NCBI GenBank assembly: GCA_947626115.1
Contig: CANQQX010000004.1
Span: 1 to 55,133 of the forward strand
Direction: 5' to 3'
DNA length: 55,133 nt
Source of the DNA: an uncultured Bacilli bacterium
GTDB taxonomy: Bacteria > Bacillota_I > Bacilli_A > RF39 > UBA660
The translations under genes and the position numbers were made by a program. Below the pieces are notes generated by a model that was given only the letters and a program-made list of their open reading frames with translations, searched no databases and was not told where the DNA came from. This document shows, in pieces, positions 12,101-20,744 of this stretch (position 1 is its first letter; each line of letters opens with the position of its first letter).

Positions 12101-12220
12101 GCAATAAGTAGAGCATTAATTCTTGTTATATTAAGCATAATATTAACTTTAATTGGTGGTTTAATACCAGCTAGAGCAGCATCAAAAAAAGATCCAGTCG
12201 AATCTTTAAGAACTGAATAA
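9122..12220 (+). CDS. Fused ABC transporter ATP-binding/permease protein (MacB/FtsX type)
   Basis: Walker A GPSGSGKTT; signature LSGGQMQR; Walker B ILADEPTGALD; long extracytoplasmic region; C-terminal FtsX-type TM bundle. ATG at 9122 follows GGGAGG by 6 nt. Confidence 0.85.
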   Translation: MLEIKNIKKEYNTDGFKQKALDNVSVNFRECEFASILGPSGSGKTTFLNIIGGLDHYDSGDLIINGISTKKFKDADWDSYRNHRIGFVFQSYNLIGHQTVLSNVKLALTLSGISKSEATERAKKALKEVGLENHINKRPNQLSGGQMQRVAIARALVNNPDIILADEPTGALDSETSIQIMNVLKKISKDKLVIMVTHNPELANKYSNRIINLKDGKIISDSNPYKEKDKNNEEDKSKQNKTKMKFLTALSLSFNNLMTKKARTILVALAGSIGIIGIALIMSVSTGFQNYVDSIQEETMTSYPLSIMQETGDLTSALLSMQSNNDNVSGKNIVEQQTITNMLSSISTNDLKSFKKYLNDNYSKVDKDIVNLKYTYSISPNIYTIDVTNEIVKLNPSSLFTSLMGSSTMMSASPFSSVYSEMVDNTEEIEKQYEVLAGKYPTNYDEAIIVLSSKNEISDLLVYSLGLRDNKELTEMVTNIMNGEGTDIHNDPLTFTYDDLMNVDLRVVMPSDLYKYNSKYDIYEDMSENKESLKTIYNNALKLKIVGIVAPKNGGMTSLALSPGINYTSDLTKYLIDYAKDQDIVKKQLKDEETDVFSGKKFSDKNNNKLNFDFSDFIDIDKNKLQNAFNINIDENKIQSETEQYMQDISKSITTDTTPATQVFTDNLNEFAGGIIATLNNDATVNDIDTIVNNYLNSDAVNEKLTQMESSYVIPKDTFKTTYMGILKGLLYAYIPTMNIPGDKSAIINQYLQNADILIVEGQMGSAMTEALMQKTILTKVGELTGNISGSIASAFNVDQSKIASAFKLKYTQEELTRIISAMMTSSEASAKTNLVSLGYQDIDDPTRISFYFNDFDGKEHFLDFLDDYNKSVDEEKEIKYTDTTGILMDSVKTIVNAVSYVLIAFVSISLVVSSIMIGVITYISVYERTKEIGILRAIGASKRNVSSIFNAETFIIGLLSGLLGIGISYSLIPIINAILHHFTGDIPLSASLAISRALILVILSIILTLIGGLIPARAASKKDPVESLRTE

Positions 12221-12244
12221 GAACTTCAAAACGAAGTTCTTTTA
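12221..12244. terminator. Bidirectional terminator between convergent genes
   Basis: GAACTTC-AAAAC-GAAGTTC followed by TTTT. Confidence 0.5.
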
Positions 12245-13045
12245 TTTACCAAATTTATATACATTTATGGAAGGACTATTAAATAGTCTAAAATTAAATT
12301 TATGATATCCTAAACCATTTACTATATATAATTTACTATTATTATCAGTATAATTACCATTTACATATTTTTTAGCCCCATCTTTTTTAATAATACCACC
12401 ATAAAAAGGAATATTTATAATACCACCTAGAGAATGGCCACTTAATACACAATCTATATTATAATTACTTATTTTACTAAAATTATCTGGTTGATGCGTA
12501 ATAGCTAAAGTATATTTAGCATCTACTTCTGTTTGCAATAATTCTTCTACTTTTGAAGTATCTGATAATCCCATTATTCTAATTGGATTTTCATCTTTAT
12601 AAAATAATAATTTACTTTCATTATCTAATAGAATAAAATCACTTTCATATAAAATATCTTTATATTCTTCTAAATATTTTTGATCATTATCCCCAATAAC
12701 AGCATATTTATATAAACTAGCATTCATCTTTTTTAAAGTATCTTTTAAATCTTTATAATCTTTATCTTGATATTTAACTCCTTCTTTTAGTAAATCACCA
12801 CTAAAAATAATTATATCAGCATCTTCATTATTTACTTTTTTCTCTAACTTATTTAATATTTTAACATCTTTAGGTTCATATAATAAATCTGAAAAATGAA
12901 CAATTTTAAGTTCTTTAAAAGATTCAGGAACATTACTACTAGATAAATTATAATAATTAACTTTTAAATTATTTACTTCAATATAATGACCATATAAAAA
13001 TATTAAAATTAAAAGGATAACAATAATTGCTAAAAACTTTTTCAT
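12242..13045 (-). CDS. Membrane-anchored metallophosphoesterase (calcineurin-like)
   Basis: HFSDLL, GDLL, IGDND and GHSLGG motifs; N-terminal TM; ATG at 13045 follows GGGGGA and forms an ATGA overlap with the upstream gene's stop. Confidence 0.8.
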   Translation of the reverse strand: MKKFLAIIVILLILIFLYGHYIEVNNLKVNYYNLSSSNVPESFKELKIVHFSDLLYEPKDVKILNKLEKKVNNEDADIIIFSGDLLKEGVKYQDKDYKDLKDTLKKMNASLYKYAVIGDNDQKYLEEYKDILYESDFILLDNESKLLFYKDENPIRIMGLSDTSKVEELLQTEVDAKYTLAITHQPDNFSKISNYNIDCVLSGHSLGGIINIPFYGGIIKKDGAKKYVNGNYTDNNSKLYIVNGLGYHKFNFRLFNSPSINVYKFGK

Positions 13046-13734
13046 AATAATCCCCCTATAAAAATTAATAAGATACATATGAAATTATGAAATGAATGGA
13101 AAAATATATTTATCCATATGTTATTAGAATCGGCATACATTTTAGCAAGAGCACAACCTAAAGCTCCATAAGGTATTATATATAATAGTTGTAATAAATT
13201 ATTACCAATACTTAACATATGTAGACTACCAAATATTAAACCAGATAATATTACATAAATAATAGTATGTTTAAAAGCATCTTTTAAATATACTCTAGTT
13301 AATAATTCTTCTACAATCGGAGCAATACCAATCATAGCTATTAAAGAGTAAATAGGCAGTGTCTTTAATATCTCTCTGTTACCAGCTTCATTAGTAGGCA
13401 TACTAATAAATGAACTAATAATTAAGTTACTAATTACCATAACAGCAAGGCCAATAATCCAATATATAAAATATTTATTAATATATTCTCGCCAATTTTT
13501 TTTAAAATCACTAAAATCAGGAATAATAATTTTTCTAAAAATAAATAAAAATATAATTAAAGTAATTAAATCAATTAATAAATAACTAAGATTAGCAATA
13601 TAAAAATTTGTACTAGTTAGTAATTTATTAAATAAAGCACTTAAAGTTATAGCAAGTCCTAAATATAATAATAAAATTAAAAATTGTTTAGTTATTAAAT
13701 TAATCTTTCGACTTAATTCATCTAAAACTTTCAT
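13042..13734 (-). CDS. CPBP-family intramembrane glutamic endopeptidase (CAAX protease-like)
   Basis: Polytopic protein; EELLTR, FGSLH and HSFHN motifs. Confidence 0.8.
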   Translation of the reverse strand: MKVLDELSRKINLITKQFLILLLYLGLAITLSALFNKLLTSTNFYIANLSYLLIDLITLIIFLFIFRKIIIPDFSDFKKNWREYINKYFIYWIIGLAVMVISNLIISSFISMPTNEAGNREILKTLPIYSLIAMIGIAPIVEELLTRVYLKDAFKHTIIYVILSGLIFGSLHMLSIGNNLLQLLYIIPYGALGCALAKMYADSNNIWINIFFHSFHNFICILLIFIGGLL

Positions 13735-13790
13735 TTATTATCACCAATTTAAATATATCACAAGTTAAAGAGATAAGCAATTTAAGAGAA

Positions 13791-14141
13791 CTAATTTGGC
13801 GCTCACTGCGCGCTAAATTAGTTAAATATTTATATATTGAATTGCGTACACAGTGTGTACGCTATTGTTATTAAATGCCCTCAATTATTGACACAGTGTG
13901 TCAACAATTGATAATTATAGTTTTGACTTTTTAGTTTTTATAATTGTCTCAACAATATTGAGACAAAATGATTTTATATAATAGATCTAATAGGTATTCA
14001 TAAAAAGTCCGCTCACTGAACGGACTTTTGATATTATATTTTTTTAAATTTGTAATAAATAAAAGGTGGCGCAATGAGCCACCTTTTGGAAAAAGTTAAG
14101 TAAAATAATGATTCCATTAATTGGGCCGACAGTGTCGTCCC
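13791..14141. repeat. Array of seven different near-perfect palindromes (19-31 bp), mostly centred on CA-N-TG
   Basis: Palindromes at 13791-13821, 13844-13862, 13882-13910, 13944-13966, 14002-14029, 14061-14087 and 14123-14141. Arms differ between copies. The last two carry flanks homologous to an internal segment of the adjacent DUF1016 genes. Confidence 0.8.
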
Positions 14142-14209
14142 TTTTTGCTTATATTTTTTGTTTTAATTCTATATGTAATGTTATTTTATATATCTAAAAT
14201 AATTTTTTA

Positions 14210-15136
14210 CTACTTCCTTTCTAATAAATAAGTAGTAATATATAAATTATTATTTGAAACATATTTAGTAACTAGTTTATTCTTTTCTCTAACTACTAAT
14301 ATTCCTTCTGTTTTATTGTGATAATTTTCTTTTATATTTTTATCAACATAATCCATATATAATTCTATTTGCCCTCTATCTTTGGGATTGTATTCTTTTA
14401 TCTTTACTTCTACTACGACAAAAGCATTTATTTTATAATTAAAGAATAATAAATCTATTTTATAAGTTCTATTATCTATTTTGCACTTATATTCATGACC
14501 TGCTAGTGTAAATCCTGCTCCTAATTCCATATAATGATTTTCAACCAATTCAATTAATATTTCATGTAATTTTTGTTCAGTTAAATTAGTAGTTTCTTTA
14601 TCAGTTTTAATAATTATTGGATCTTTTATCATATCACTTAATGTTATTGAATTATCATTATCTGTTATTAATCTAATATTATTTTTATCGGCATAAGATA
14701 ATCTGTCATAAGCTTTACTTTTTATTTCATTTCTTAACTCTCTAACAGATAAATTATTAAGTATTACTTGATTAATATAATAGTTTCTTTCGTTTTCATT
14801 TTTAATAGGAATTAACTCTACATAATGGGACCACATCAATTGGTGCGACAGTGTAGCACCTTTTTGGAACAATAAATAAAATTGTCTATATCTTTTTAAA
14901 TTACTATAATTATAATTTTTGCCATATTCTTGGGCTAATTTTTCGCCCCATTTCTTAATTAGATTTTCGCCATATTTGGCTCTAGATTCTCCACCTTGTG
15001 CATTTACTAGTAATCTACCTATTTCCCAATTAGTTTTTAATATTTCCGAATTTTCTTTAAATTCTCTAACAAACTTTTTAACTTCTCTTTCTTCAATTAA
15101 TTCAACTATTTCATTGTATATTTTTTCTTCTGTCAT
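14210..15136 (-). CDS. DUF1016/YhcG-family PD-(D/E)xK nuclease-like protein, full length
   Basis: YhcG_N-like N-terminal domain plus C-terminal restriction-endonuclease-like core (IDLLFF ... VVEVKIK). ATG at 15136 has AAAGGA 6 nt upstream; the ORF-track start at 15151 lacks an SD. Confidence 0.75.
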   Translation of the reverse strand: MTEEKIYNEIVELIEEREVKKFVREFKENSEILKTNWEIGRLLVNAQGGESRAKYGENLIKKWGEKLAQEYGKNYNYSNLKRYRQFYLLFQKGATLSHQLMWSHYVELIPIKNENERNYYINQVILNNLSVRELRNEIKSKAYDRLSYADKNNIRLITDNDNSITLSDMIKDPIIIKTDKETTNLTEQKLHEILIELVENHYMELGAGFTLAGHEYKCKIDNRTYKIDLLFFNYKINAFVVVEVKIKEYNPKDRGQIELYMDYVDKNIKENYHNKTEGILVVREKNKLVTKYVSNNNLYITTYLLERK

Positions 15137-15175
15137 AATTTTTCCTTTCATTTTTTGAGTTGTAATATTTATTTT

Positions 15176-15796
15176 TTATGATTGTCCAAAAAATCTGTTT
15201 TCTACATAATTTATTATTTCCTTATGTATAGTGGCTTCATCTAATGCAGAAATATCTTCATCAACATTAATAATAATTGGATCTTTTATCATATCTTCAA
15301 GAGTTAAGTTATTATTTTGCGTATCTGTAATTAATTTAATATTATTTTTATCTGCATAAGATAATCTTTCAAATGATTTGTTTTTTATTTCTTGAATTAA
15401 TTCTCGACTTGATAAATTATTAAGTATAACTTGATTTATATAATAGTTTCTTTCGTTCTCATTTTTGATAGGTAAAAGTGTTCTTATATGAGTCCATGTT
15501 AAAAGGTGACGCACTGCGTCACTTTTTGGAAAGGTTAAATAAAATAATCGAAATCTTTTTAAATTGCTTTCATCATAATTCTTCCCATATTCTTGAGCTA
15601 ATTTCTCGCCCCATTCCTTAATTAAATTATTGCCATACTTGGCTCTAGATGCCCCACCTTGAGCTTCTACTAGTAATCTACCTATTTCATGATATCCTTT
15701 TAATCTTTCTTCATTATCAACCATCATTCTTACTCGTGAATTGCTTTCAATTTCTATTACAATATTTTCTAATTGTTTAAATTTTTCGTTGTTCAT
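15176..15796 (-). CDS. DUF1016 N-terminal-domain-only paralogue (nuclease half missing; possibly a pseudogene)
   Basis: About 70-80% identical by eye to the N-terminal 200 aa of the neighbouring gene. Ends ...ENRFFGQS where the neighbour continues into the nuclease core. ATG at 15796 follows AAAGGAG. Confidence 0.7.
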   Translation of the reverse strand: MNNEKFKQLENIVIEIESNSRVRMMVDNEERLKGYHEIGRLLVEAQGGASRAKYGNNLIKEWGEKLAQEYGKNYDESNLKRFRLFYLTFPKSDAVRHLLTWTHIRTLLPIKNENERNYYINQVILNNLSSRELIQEIKNKSFERLSYADKNNIKLITDTQNNNLTLEDMIKDPIIINVDEDISALDEATIHKEIINYVENRFFGQS

Positions 15797-15803
15797 GCTT
15801 TTG

Positions 15804-15860
15804 CTCCTTTCACTTATATTATTCGTCACTCATAGGCCGATTTCCTTTTTATTTTGAAAA
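15804..15860 (-). promoter_or_regulatory. Promoter/leader of the truncated DUF1016 gene; left copy of an inverted repeat flanking the island
   Basis: Reverse complement reads TTTTCAAAATAAAAAGGAAATCGGCCTATGAGTGACGAATAATATAAGTGAAAGGAG and matches 53691-53760. Putative TCGGCC-16-TATAAG promoter plus SD. Confidence 0.6.
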
Positions 15861-16001
15861 ATTTCACAAAAATTTCATATTAATCAGTATTTTTCTTTTT
15901 ATAAATTATTTCAAATTTTTCTACTAATTTCCCAAAATATAATCTTGATAATGAAATGGTGGTATGATAAAATTAATAATAAGAGAGTAGGTGGATTTCG
16001 T

Positions 16002-16718
16002 ATGAAAAAAATTGTAACTTTACTACTTATGTTAATCTTAATAGTGGTACCTGTTAAAGCTGAAGAGTGTAGTTATACTGCTAAAGCTGATGCTATGAAA
16101 AAAGCTGCTAATGTTAAAGTTGATTATGAAGTTGTAGAAGATACAGAAAAATACGAAGATGGATCAACATCAACAGACGAATATTTTAAAATTTCTATTT
16201 TAAATGTAACAGAAGATTTATATGTAGAAGTTAGCAATGATGTAACAAGTGAAATTTTAACTTATAATTTTGCTGATGCTAAAGATGGTGTAATAACATT
16301 TGACTGGAGAGAAAATGAAGTAGTTACTAACTTTATTATAAAAGTATTTGCTTCTTATCAAACTCCATGTGGGGGAGAAGAATTAAAAACTATTAGAAAA
16401 CAAACTCCTAGATATAATGATTATTATAATAGAGCAATATGCTTAGAAGAAGATATGAAAGATTTTTATTTGTGTGAGAAATATACTAATTTAAAAGAAA
16501 TTGATGAAAGTATGTTTATTACTAAAATAGATAGTTTTATGGATGGAAAAATAGATGAAACGGGAAAGAGTACTGAAGAAGTAAAAAAAGAAGAAACTTT
16601 CCAAGATAAACTTGAAAAATATAAATATTTTATATTTGGTGGAATTATTATTTTAGTTTTAGGAACTACTACTGTTGTGGTTGTTAGAAAAAGAAACAGA
16701 GGGAAAAAGGTAAAATGA
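16002..16718 (+). CDS. Secreted/C-terminally anchored protein of unknown function, first gene of the Tad-like operon
   Basis: Signal peptide MKKIVTLLLMLILIVVPVKA; C-terminal TM plus basic tail RKRNRGKKVK; ATG at 16002 follows GGTGGA; ATGA overlap with the next gene. Confidence 0.55.
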   Translation: MKKIVTLLLMLILIVVPVKAEECSYTAKADAMKKAANVKVDYEVVEDTEKYEDGSTSTDEYFKISILNVTEDLYVEVSNDVTSEILTYNFADAKDGVITFDWRENEVVTNFIIKVFASYQTPCGGEELKTIRKQTPRYNDYYNRAICLEEDMKDFYLCEKYTNLKEIDESMFITKIDSFMDGKIDETGKSTEEVKKEETFQDKLEKYKYFIFGGIIILVLGTTTVVVVRKRNRGKKVK

Positions 16719-19700
16719 AAAAAGCGTTAAAATTATTAAGTTTGTTAATGTTGTCTTTACTTGTAAGCGTGATAAATGTAAAGGCTGCGATAGTTATAAA
16801 ACAAGAAGGAGATAAATATGGAGCAGCGCAAGGAACGGCGTATTATAATGGACGTAAAGTTGTCGGTGCCTTTGGTGGTTTAGATATTTCTAGGTATTAT
16901 TTTTATGTTGATAATGCAAAAAAAGATGCCTACTGTCATAACCCTGGAGTAACAGATTATCTTGATAGTGATTTACCAAATGGTGGTACTTTAACTTTTA
17001 AAAATATTAGAAATTTATCCGATCCAATTCAAAATGATCGTAAAGCAAGTATATATGATGCTGGGCTAATGTCTATAATTAATAATAATTGTGGTTCGGG
17101 TGATAAATGTTATGTAGCGAAATTTATAGCAATTAATATGTATGAGCATTTATTTCCAATGATGAATTCAAATGGTAATAACAATAATTCAGAAATTAAA
17201 TATATAAAATACTTAATTAATTCTATGTATGATGATATAAGTGGAGATTTAAAAACTTTAGCTAATGCTATGGGATCTTATAACGTTATAAGGGGAAAAT
17301 TTACAAGCGGAGCTAGCAATTGTACAGGAAATAAATGTGATGATTTAGGAGCTGTTTCTGACGCCAAAACAATGGTTAAATCAGCACTAAAAAAAGCTAT
17401 AGCGTATGCTGAAGATGGTGAAGCAACAACAACTATAACAAATGGTGTGCAAAAAAGAACAACAACAACTGATGATAATAATATAATTACATATACTAAT
17501 TCTGTAGTTCATACTGTAACAATTACTAAATTTATGGGAACTGATGGTAAGAAAGAAGGATCAGTTAAATTAAATTATAAATGTAATAGTAATTGTGCTA
17601 ATGTAAATACAAAATTTTATATTGAAGTAAATGGAGAATTTCAACCAATAAATGATTTATCAACAATAAATTTTGTCGATTATACTGATAATGGTACAGG
17701 TACCGTTAAAATTAAAATAGAATTTTCAAGTACTTCTGATAAATATAAAAATTGTGAACCAATAAAATATACATTAGGTGTAACATATACACATTATTCT
17801 GTTTCTCAATCAGGTTATTCTACTGGTAAATGTACAAATTCAGCAAAATGTCAAGGATTTTATGTAGCAAATGCTAGTAGTGATACAACAACAAAAACAT
17901 CATCTATTGATAACTCTATTTCTCTTTGCACCACTCCTGGAGATGTATCATCTTGTGCTGCAAAAATTGATAATGTTGAATGTATTGCATGTAAGAAGAA
18001 TGAACATGATATAGATATTAAAGAAGGATATCAATATGCTAATGATAATACTTGTGATACTTCTGGAGCAAAAGAAAATATAAAGGAATGCGTAGCTAAT
18101 AATAGTAGTGATGCGGCAGGACATACTTTAAGAAATAGTGAATTAAGTAATGATGTTACTGCTATAATGGATAAATATGGTTATAATGGTAAAGGTGTAT
18201 TTTGTAAAGAAGATTATCATTTACATTTACCAGGTTCTATTCTAGTTGATACAGGTAGGTATTTTACATTAAAATCATCTATAACTGGTACAGAATCTTG
18301 TTATACAAATGAACTGGGAAGTAATGGCACTGTTAAGTCTGCAATAATTAATGAAGGAAAAAGAACAGTAGATGTATATAATCAAAAATCCATGTATGAA
18401 GCAATTGGCAATTGTATTGGTGATCCAAATTGTTACAATGTTGATAAGGACATGAGAGTTTGTAAAACAATAAAACAAGTTAAAGCTGGTAATTTATTAC
18501 GTAAGAAACCTAATGATGATGATGCAGAGGCGCTTAATGATTATGCGAATGCGTGGGCGAAAACTTGTAAAGGTCAATGGTTAAATATAGATGGGATGAG
18601 TTTTGCTAAATGTATCACTGACCAAGGCGTAGAAGCTATTACAAAATTGCCTGATTCATATAAAGTTCGACGTATTGTTACAAAACGATTTTATCAAATA
18701 AGAGCAAAAGTAACATTAAATGCTGAATATACTGTTTATGAAGGGGGCACTACATGTTCGACTGGCAGTCGTAGATTAGATACGACTGAAGAAGAGAATG
18801 GACTTTTTTATGGTGATTGGTTGCCTTGTCAGTATTATAATGGCAAAGAAAATGAATTTGAGTGTGGTGAGAGTGCCGAATGTTCTGCAACTGTTGAAGA
18901 TTTAACAGCTGAGCAAAAAAGTGCAGCTTTGGCTCAAATTGGTAGAACTGCTAAAGTAACAGGCGGTGGCTCAACAGGTGGTGGTACAGCTGGTAAAGAT
19001 TCTGCAAGTTCTGAATATGTAGTTTCTAACGGATATGGTTTAAAAGCAAAGCTAGGTACTGGGGGAATATATTATTTGATGCAAGATTGGAACAAAGCTA
19101 CTGGATATAATGGAACTAGTGCATCTCAAGATTCAGCATATAACAATAGTTTTGATGATACACCATTTAATGAAGGTTGGAGAATGAATTATAATTTTGC
19201 ACCAGATATGTATTTTTGGTATCAAGAAGAATACATGAATAAAGCTAGAACTGATCAAATGGATATGTATGATAAAAGTTTAAGTGGGGTATCGTCTCAA
19301 TATTGTAGTGGTAGTGTAAGTGATGATTACTCACTATGTAATGGTAGCCAAAATAACTGGACAGATCATCCAACAGTAGATCGTGGCTCAGTTTGTGCAT
19401 GTACATCTGATGGATGCAGTAATTACAATTATGTCCTATCAAATGTTAAATATGTTAAACAATCCCAAAAAGCAGAAGCTAAATTTATTACACCAACACA
19501 ATTTTATACATTGCATCCATCTGGAAGTATTGTAGTAGGTAACCAAGGTCAAAGTGATAAAATTGAAAATAGTAAAGAACTTACTAATGGACTTCCTGTA
19601 GGTCTTGGATCAAATGGTACAAGAAGATATGTAATGTGGTTTGAAAATTTAGGTGAATATTTTGATAAAGATACTTTAGGACGTGTTTGGGGTGCGAATG

Positions 19701-20728
19701 ATAGTGTAGTATCTAAGTTACTTCAAGATAGAACTAAATGTAATGTTCCTGATTCTGCTTTAGTAGATGAAGATAATACTCAAGGTACTATTCATGATGA
19801 AGGTGTCTATGCTTGTAAGTATAGTACGGATTGTCCTGATGTTTGTAAAAAACCTGAAGAATCTAGTGATGGTAAATACCATTGTAAAGATGGTGAAGTA
19901 TGTGAAGAAGAAGATTACAATCGTGAATGTTGTCCAACTTGTCCACCTTCCGTATCATATATTTGTGCCGTAACAACTGATGAACAAGGAAATTTATTAT
20001 ATTATGATAAGAGTGGTACTGAAACTGATCCAGACACTTATAAATCCCAATGTTGTCCAAATGGTGAATGTCCAGTAACTTGCTCATTCTGCTTATATGA
20101 CGGTAATAAATTAAATGTTCAATATCGTCCAATTACTTCTGAAGATTTAAATCCAAATGATCGTGATCTTGGTAGAAACTGGAGATGGGAAGAGCCAATT
20201 AATACAGGCTTAGAATTAAAAGCTTATGTTACTACTGAAGAAATTCAAGAAAAAGGCGATGGCATTTATGATATACCAGATGATCACTTTACTAATCCAA
20301 ATTCTGATTATGAATATGCTGTTAAAATTACAATGAATGGTAGAATGATAAGTAAAATAAAGAGCCTTAATAAAAAAGATGAATACAAAGATGGCTATGC
20401 TGGTAATACATTAAAATGTTATGATTTAAAAGATGGCGATAAGGTATATGAAAATGTCTTCTGCTATAGTAACTTTATTGATGAATTATTAGAAGATGAT
20501 AAAGTTAAAGATAATATTCAATTTACAAGAGTAAGACCAAAAGAAAACGAGAGAAATAATACCGAAAATAATGAAAGATATTTCACTAGTTGGATTAAAG
20601 CCGATAGTAGTAAATGGCAAATTCAAACACAAAAAGGATTTGCATACTATAAAGAACATTATGGTATGGAAATAGATTATGATAATGATACAACAATAGA
20701 TTATCATCTTGGACCATCATGGAAATAG
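16715..20728 (+). CDS. 1337-aa secreted Cys-rich protein (candidate pilus-associated adhesin)
   Basis: Signal peptide; about 49 Cys by my count, including CCPTCP and CCPNGECPVTC clusters; Gly-rich linker; no recognisable catalytic motif. Confidence 0.6.
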   Translation: MKKALKLLSLLMLSLLVSVINVKAAIVIKQEGDKYGAAQGTAYYNGRKVVGAFGGLDISRYYFYVDNAKKDAYCHNPGVTDYLDSDLPNGGTLTFKNIRNLSDPIQNDRKASIYDAGLMSIINNNCGSGDKCYVAKFIAINMYEHLFPMMNSNGNNNNSEIKYIKYLINSMYDDISGDLKTLANAMGSYNVIRGKFTSGASNCTGNKCDDLGAVSDAKTMVKSALKKAIAYAEDGEATTTITNGVQKRTTTTDDNNIITYTNSVVHTVTITKFMGTDGKKEGSVKLNYKCNSNCANVNTKFYIEVNGEFQPINDLSTINFVDYTDNGTGTVKIKIEFSSTSDKYKNCEPIKYTLGVTYTHYSVSQSGYSTGKCTNSAKCQGFYVANASSDTTTKTSSIDNSISLCTTPGDVSSCAAKIDNVECIACKKNEHDIDIKEGYQYANDNTCDTSGAKENIKECVANNSSDAAGHTLRNSELSNDVTAIMDKYGYNGKGVFCKEDYHLHLPGSILVDTGRYFTLKSSITGTESCYTNELGSNGTVKSAIINEGKRTVDVYNQKSMYEAIGNCIGDPNCYNVDKDMRVCKTIKQVKAGNLLRKKPNDDDAEALNDYANAWAKTCKGQWLNIDGMSFAKCITDQGVEAITKLPDSYKVRRIVTKRFYQIRAKVTLNAEYTVYEGGTTCSTGSRRLDTTEEENGLFYGDWLPCQYYNGKENEFECGESAECSATVEDLTAEQKSAALAQIGRTAKVTGGGSTGGGTAGKDSASSEYVVSNGYGLKAKLGTGGIYYLMQDWNKATGYNGTSASQDSAYNNSFDDTPFNEGWRMNYNFAPDMYFWYQEEYMNKARTDQMDMYDKSLSGVSSQYCSGSVSDDYSLCNGSQNNWTDHPTVDRGSVCACTSDGCSNYNYVLSNVKYVKQSQKAEAKFITPTQFYTLHPSGSIVVGNQGQSDKIENSKELTNGLPVGLGSNGTRRYVMWFENLGEYFDKDTLGRVWGANDSVVSKLLQDRTKCNVPDSALVDEDNTQGTIHDEGVYACKYSTDCPDVCKKPEESSDGKYHCKDGEVCEEEDYNRECCPTCPPSVSYICAVTTDEQGNLLYYDKSGTETDPDTYKSQCCPNGECPVTCSFCLYDGNKLNVQYRPITSEDLNPNDRDLGRNWRWEEPINTGLELKAYVTTEEIQEKGDGIYDIPDDHFTNPNSDYEYAVKITMNGRMISKIKSLNKKDEYKDGYAGNTLKCYDLKDGDKVYENVFCYSNFIDELLEDDKVKDNIQFTRVRPKENERNNTENNERYFTSWIKADSSKWQIQTQKGFAYYKEHYGMEIDYDNDTTIDYHLGPSWK

Positions 20729-20744
20729 AAAGAAGGGACATTAA

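Noticed and set aside
13791-14141. Regularly spaced GC-rich hairpins that could be mistaken for a CRISPR array
   Set aside because: The units are all different in sequence, the spacing is irregular (about 40-70 bp), there are no identical direct repeats, and no cas genes are nearby.
18275-20707. Several 65-89-aa ORFs on both strands within the 1337-aa gene
   Set aside because: They are nested in a long ORF with an uninterrupted frame. Their translations are His/Tyr/Ile-rich frame artefacts.
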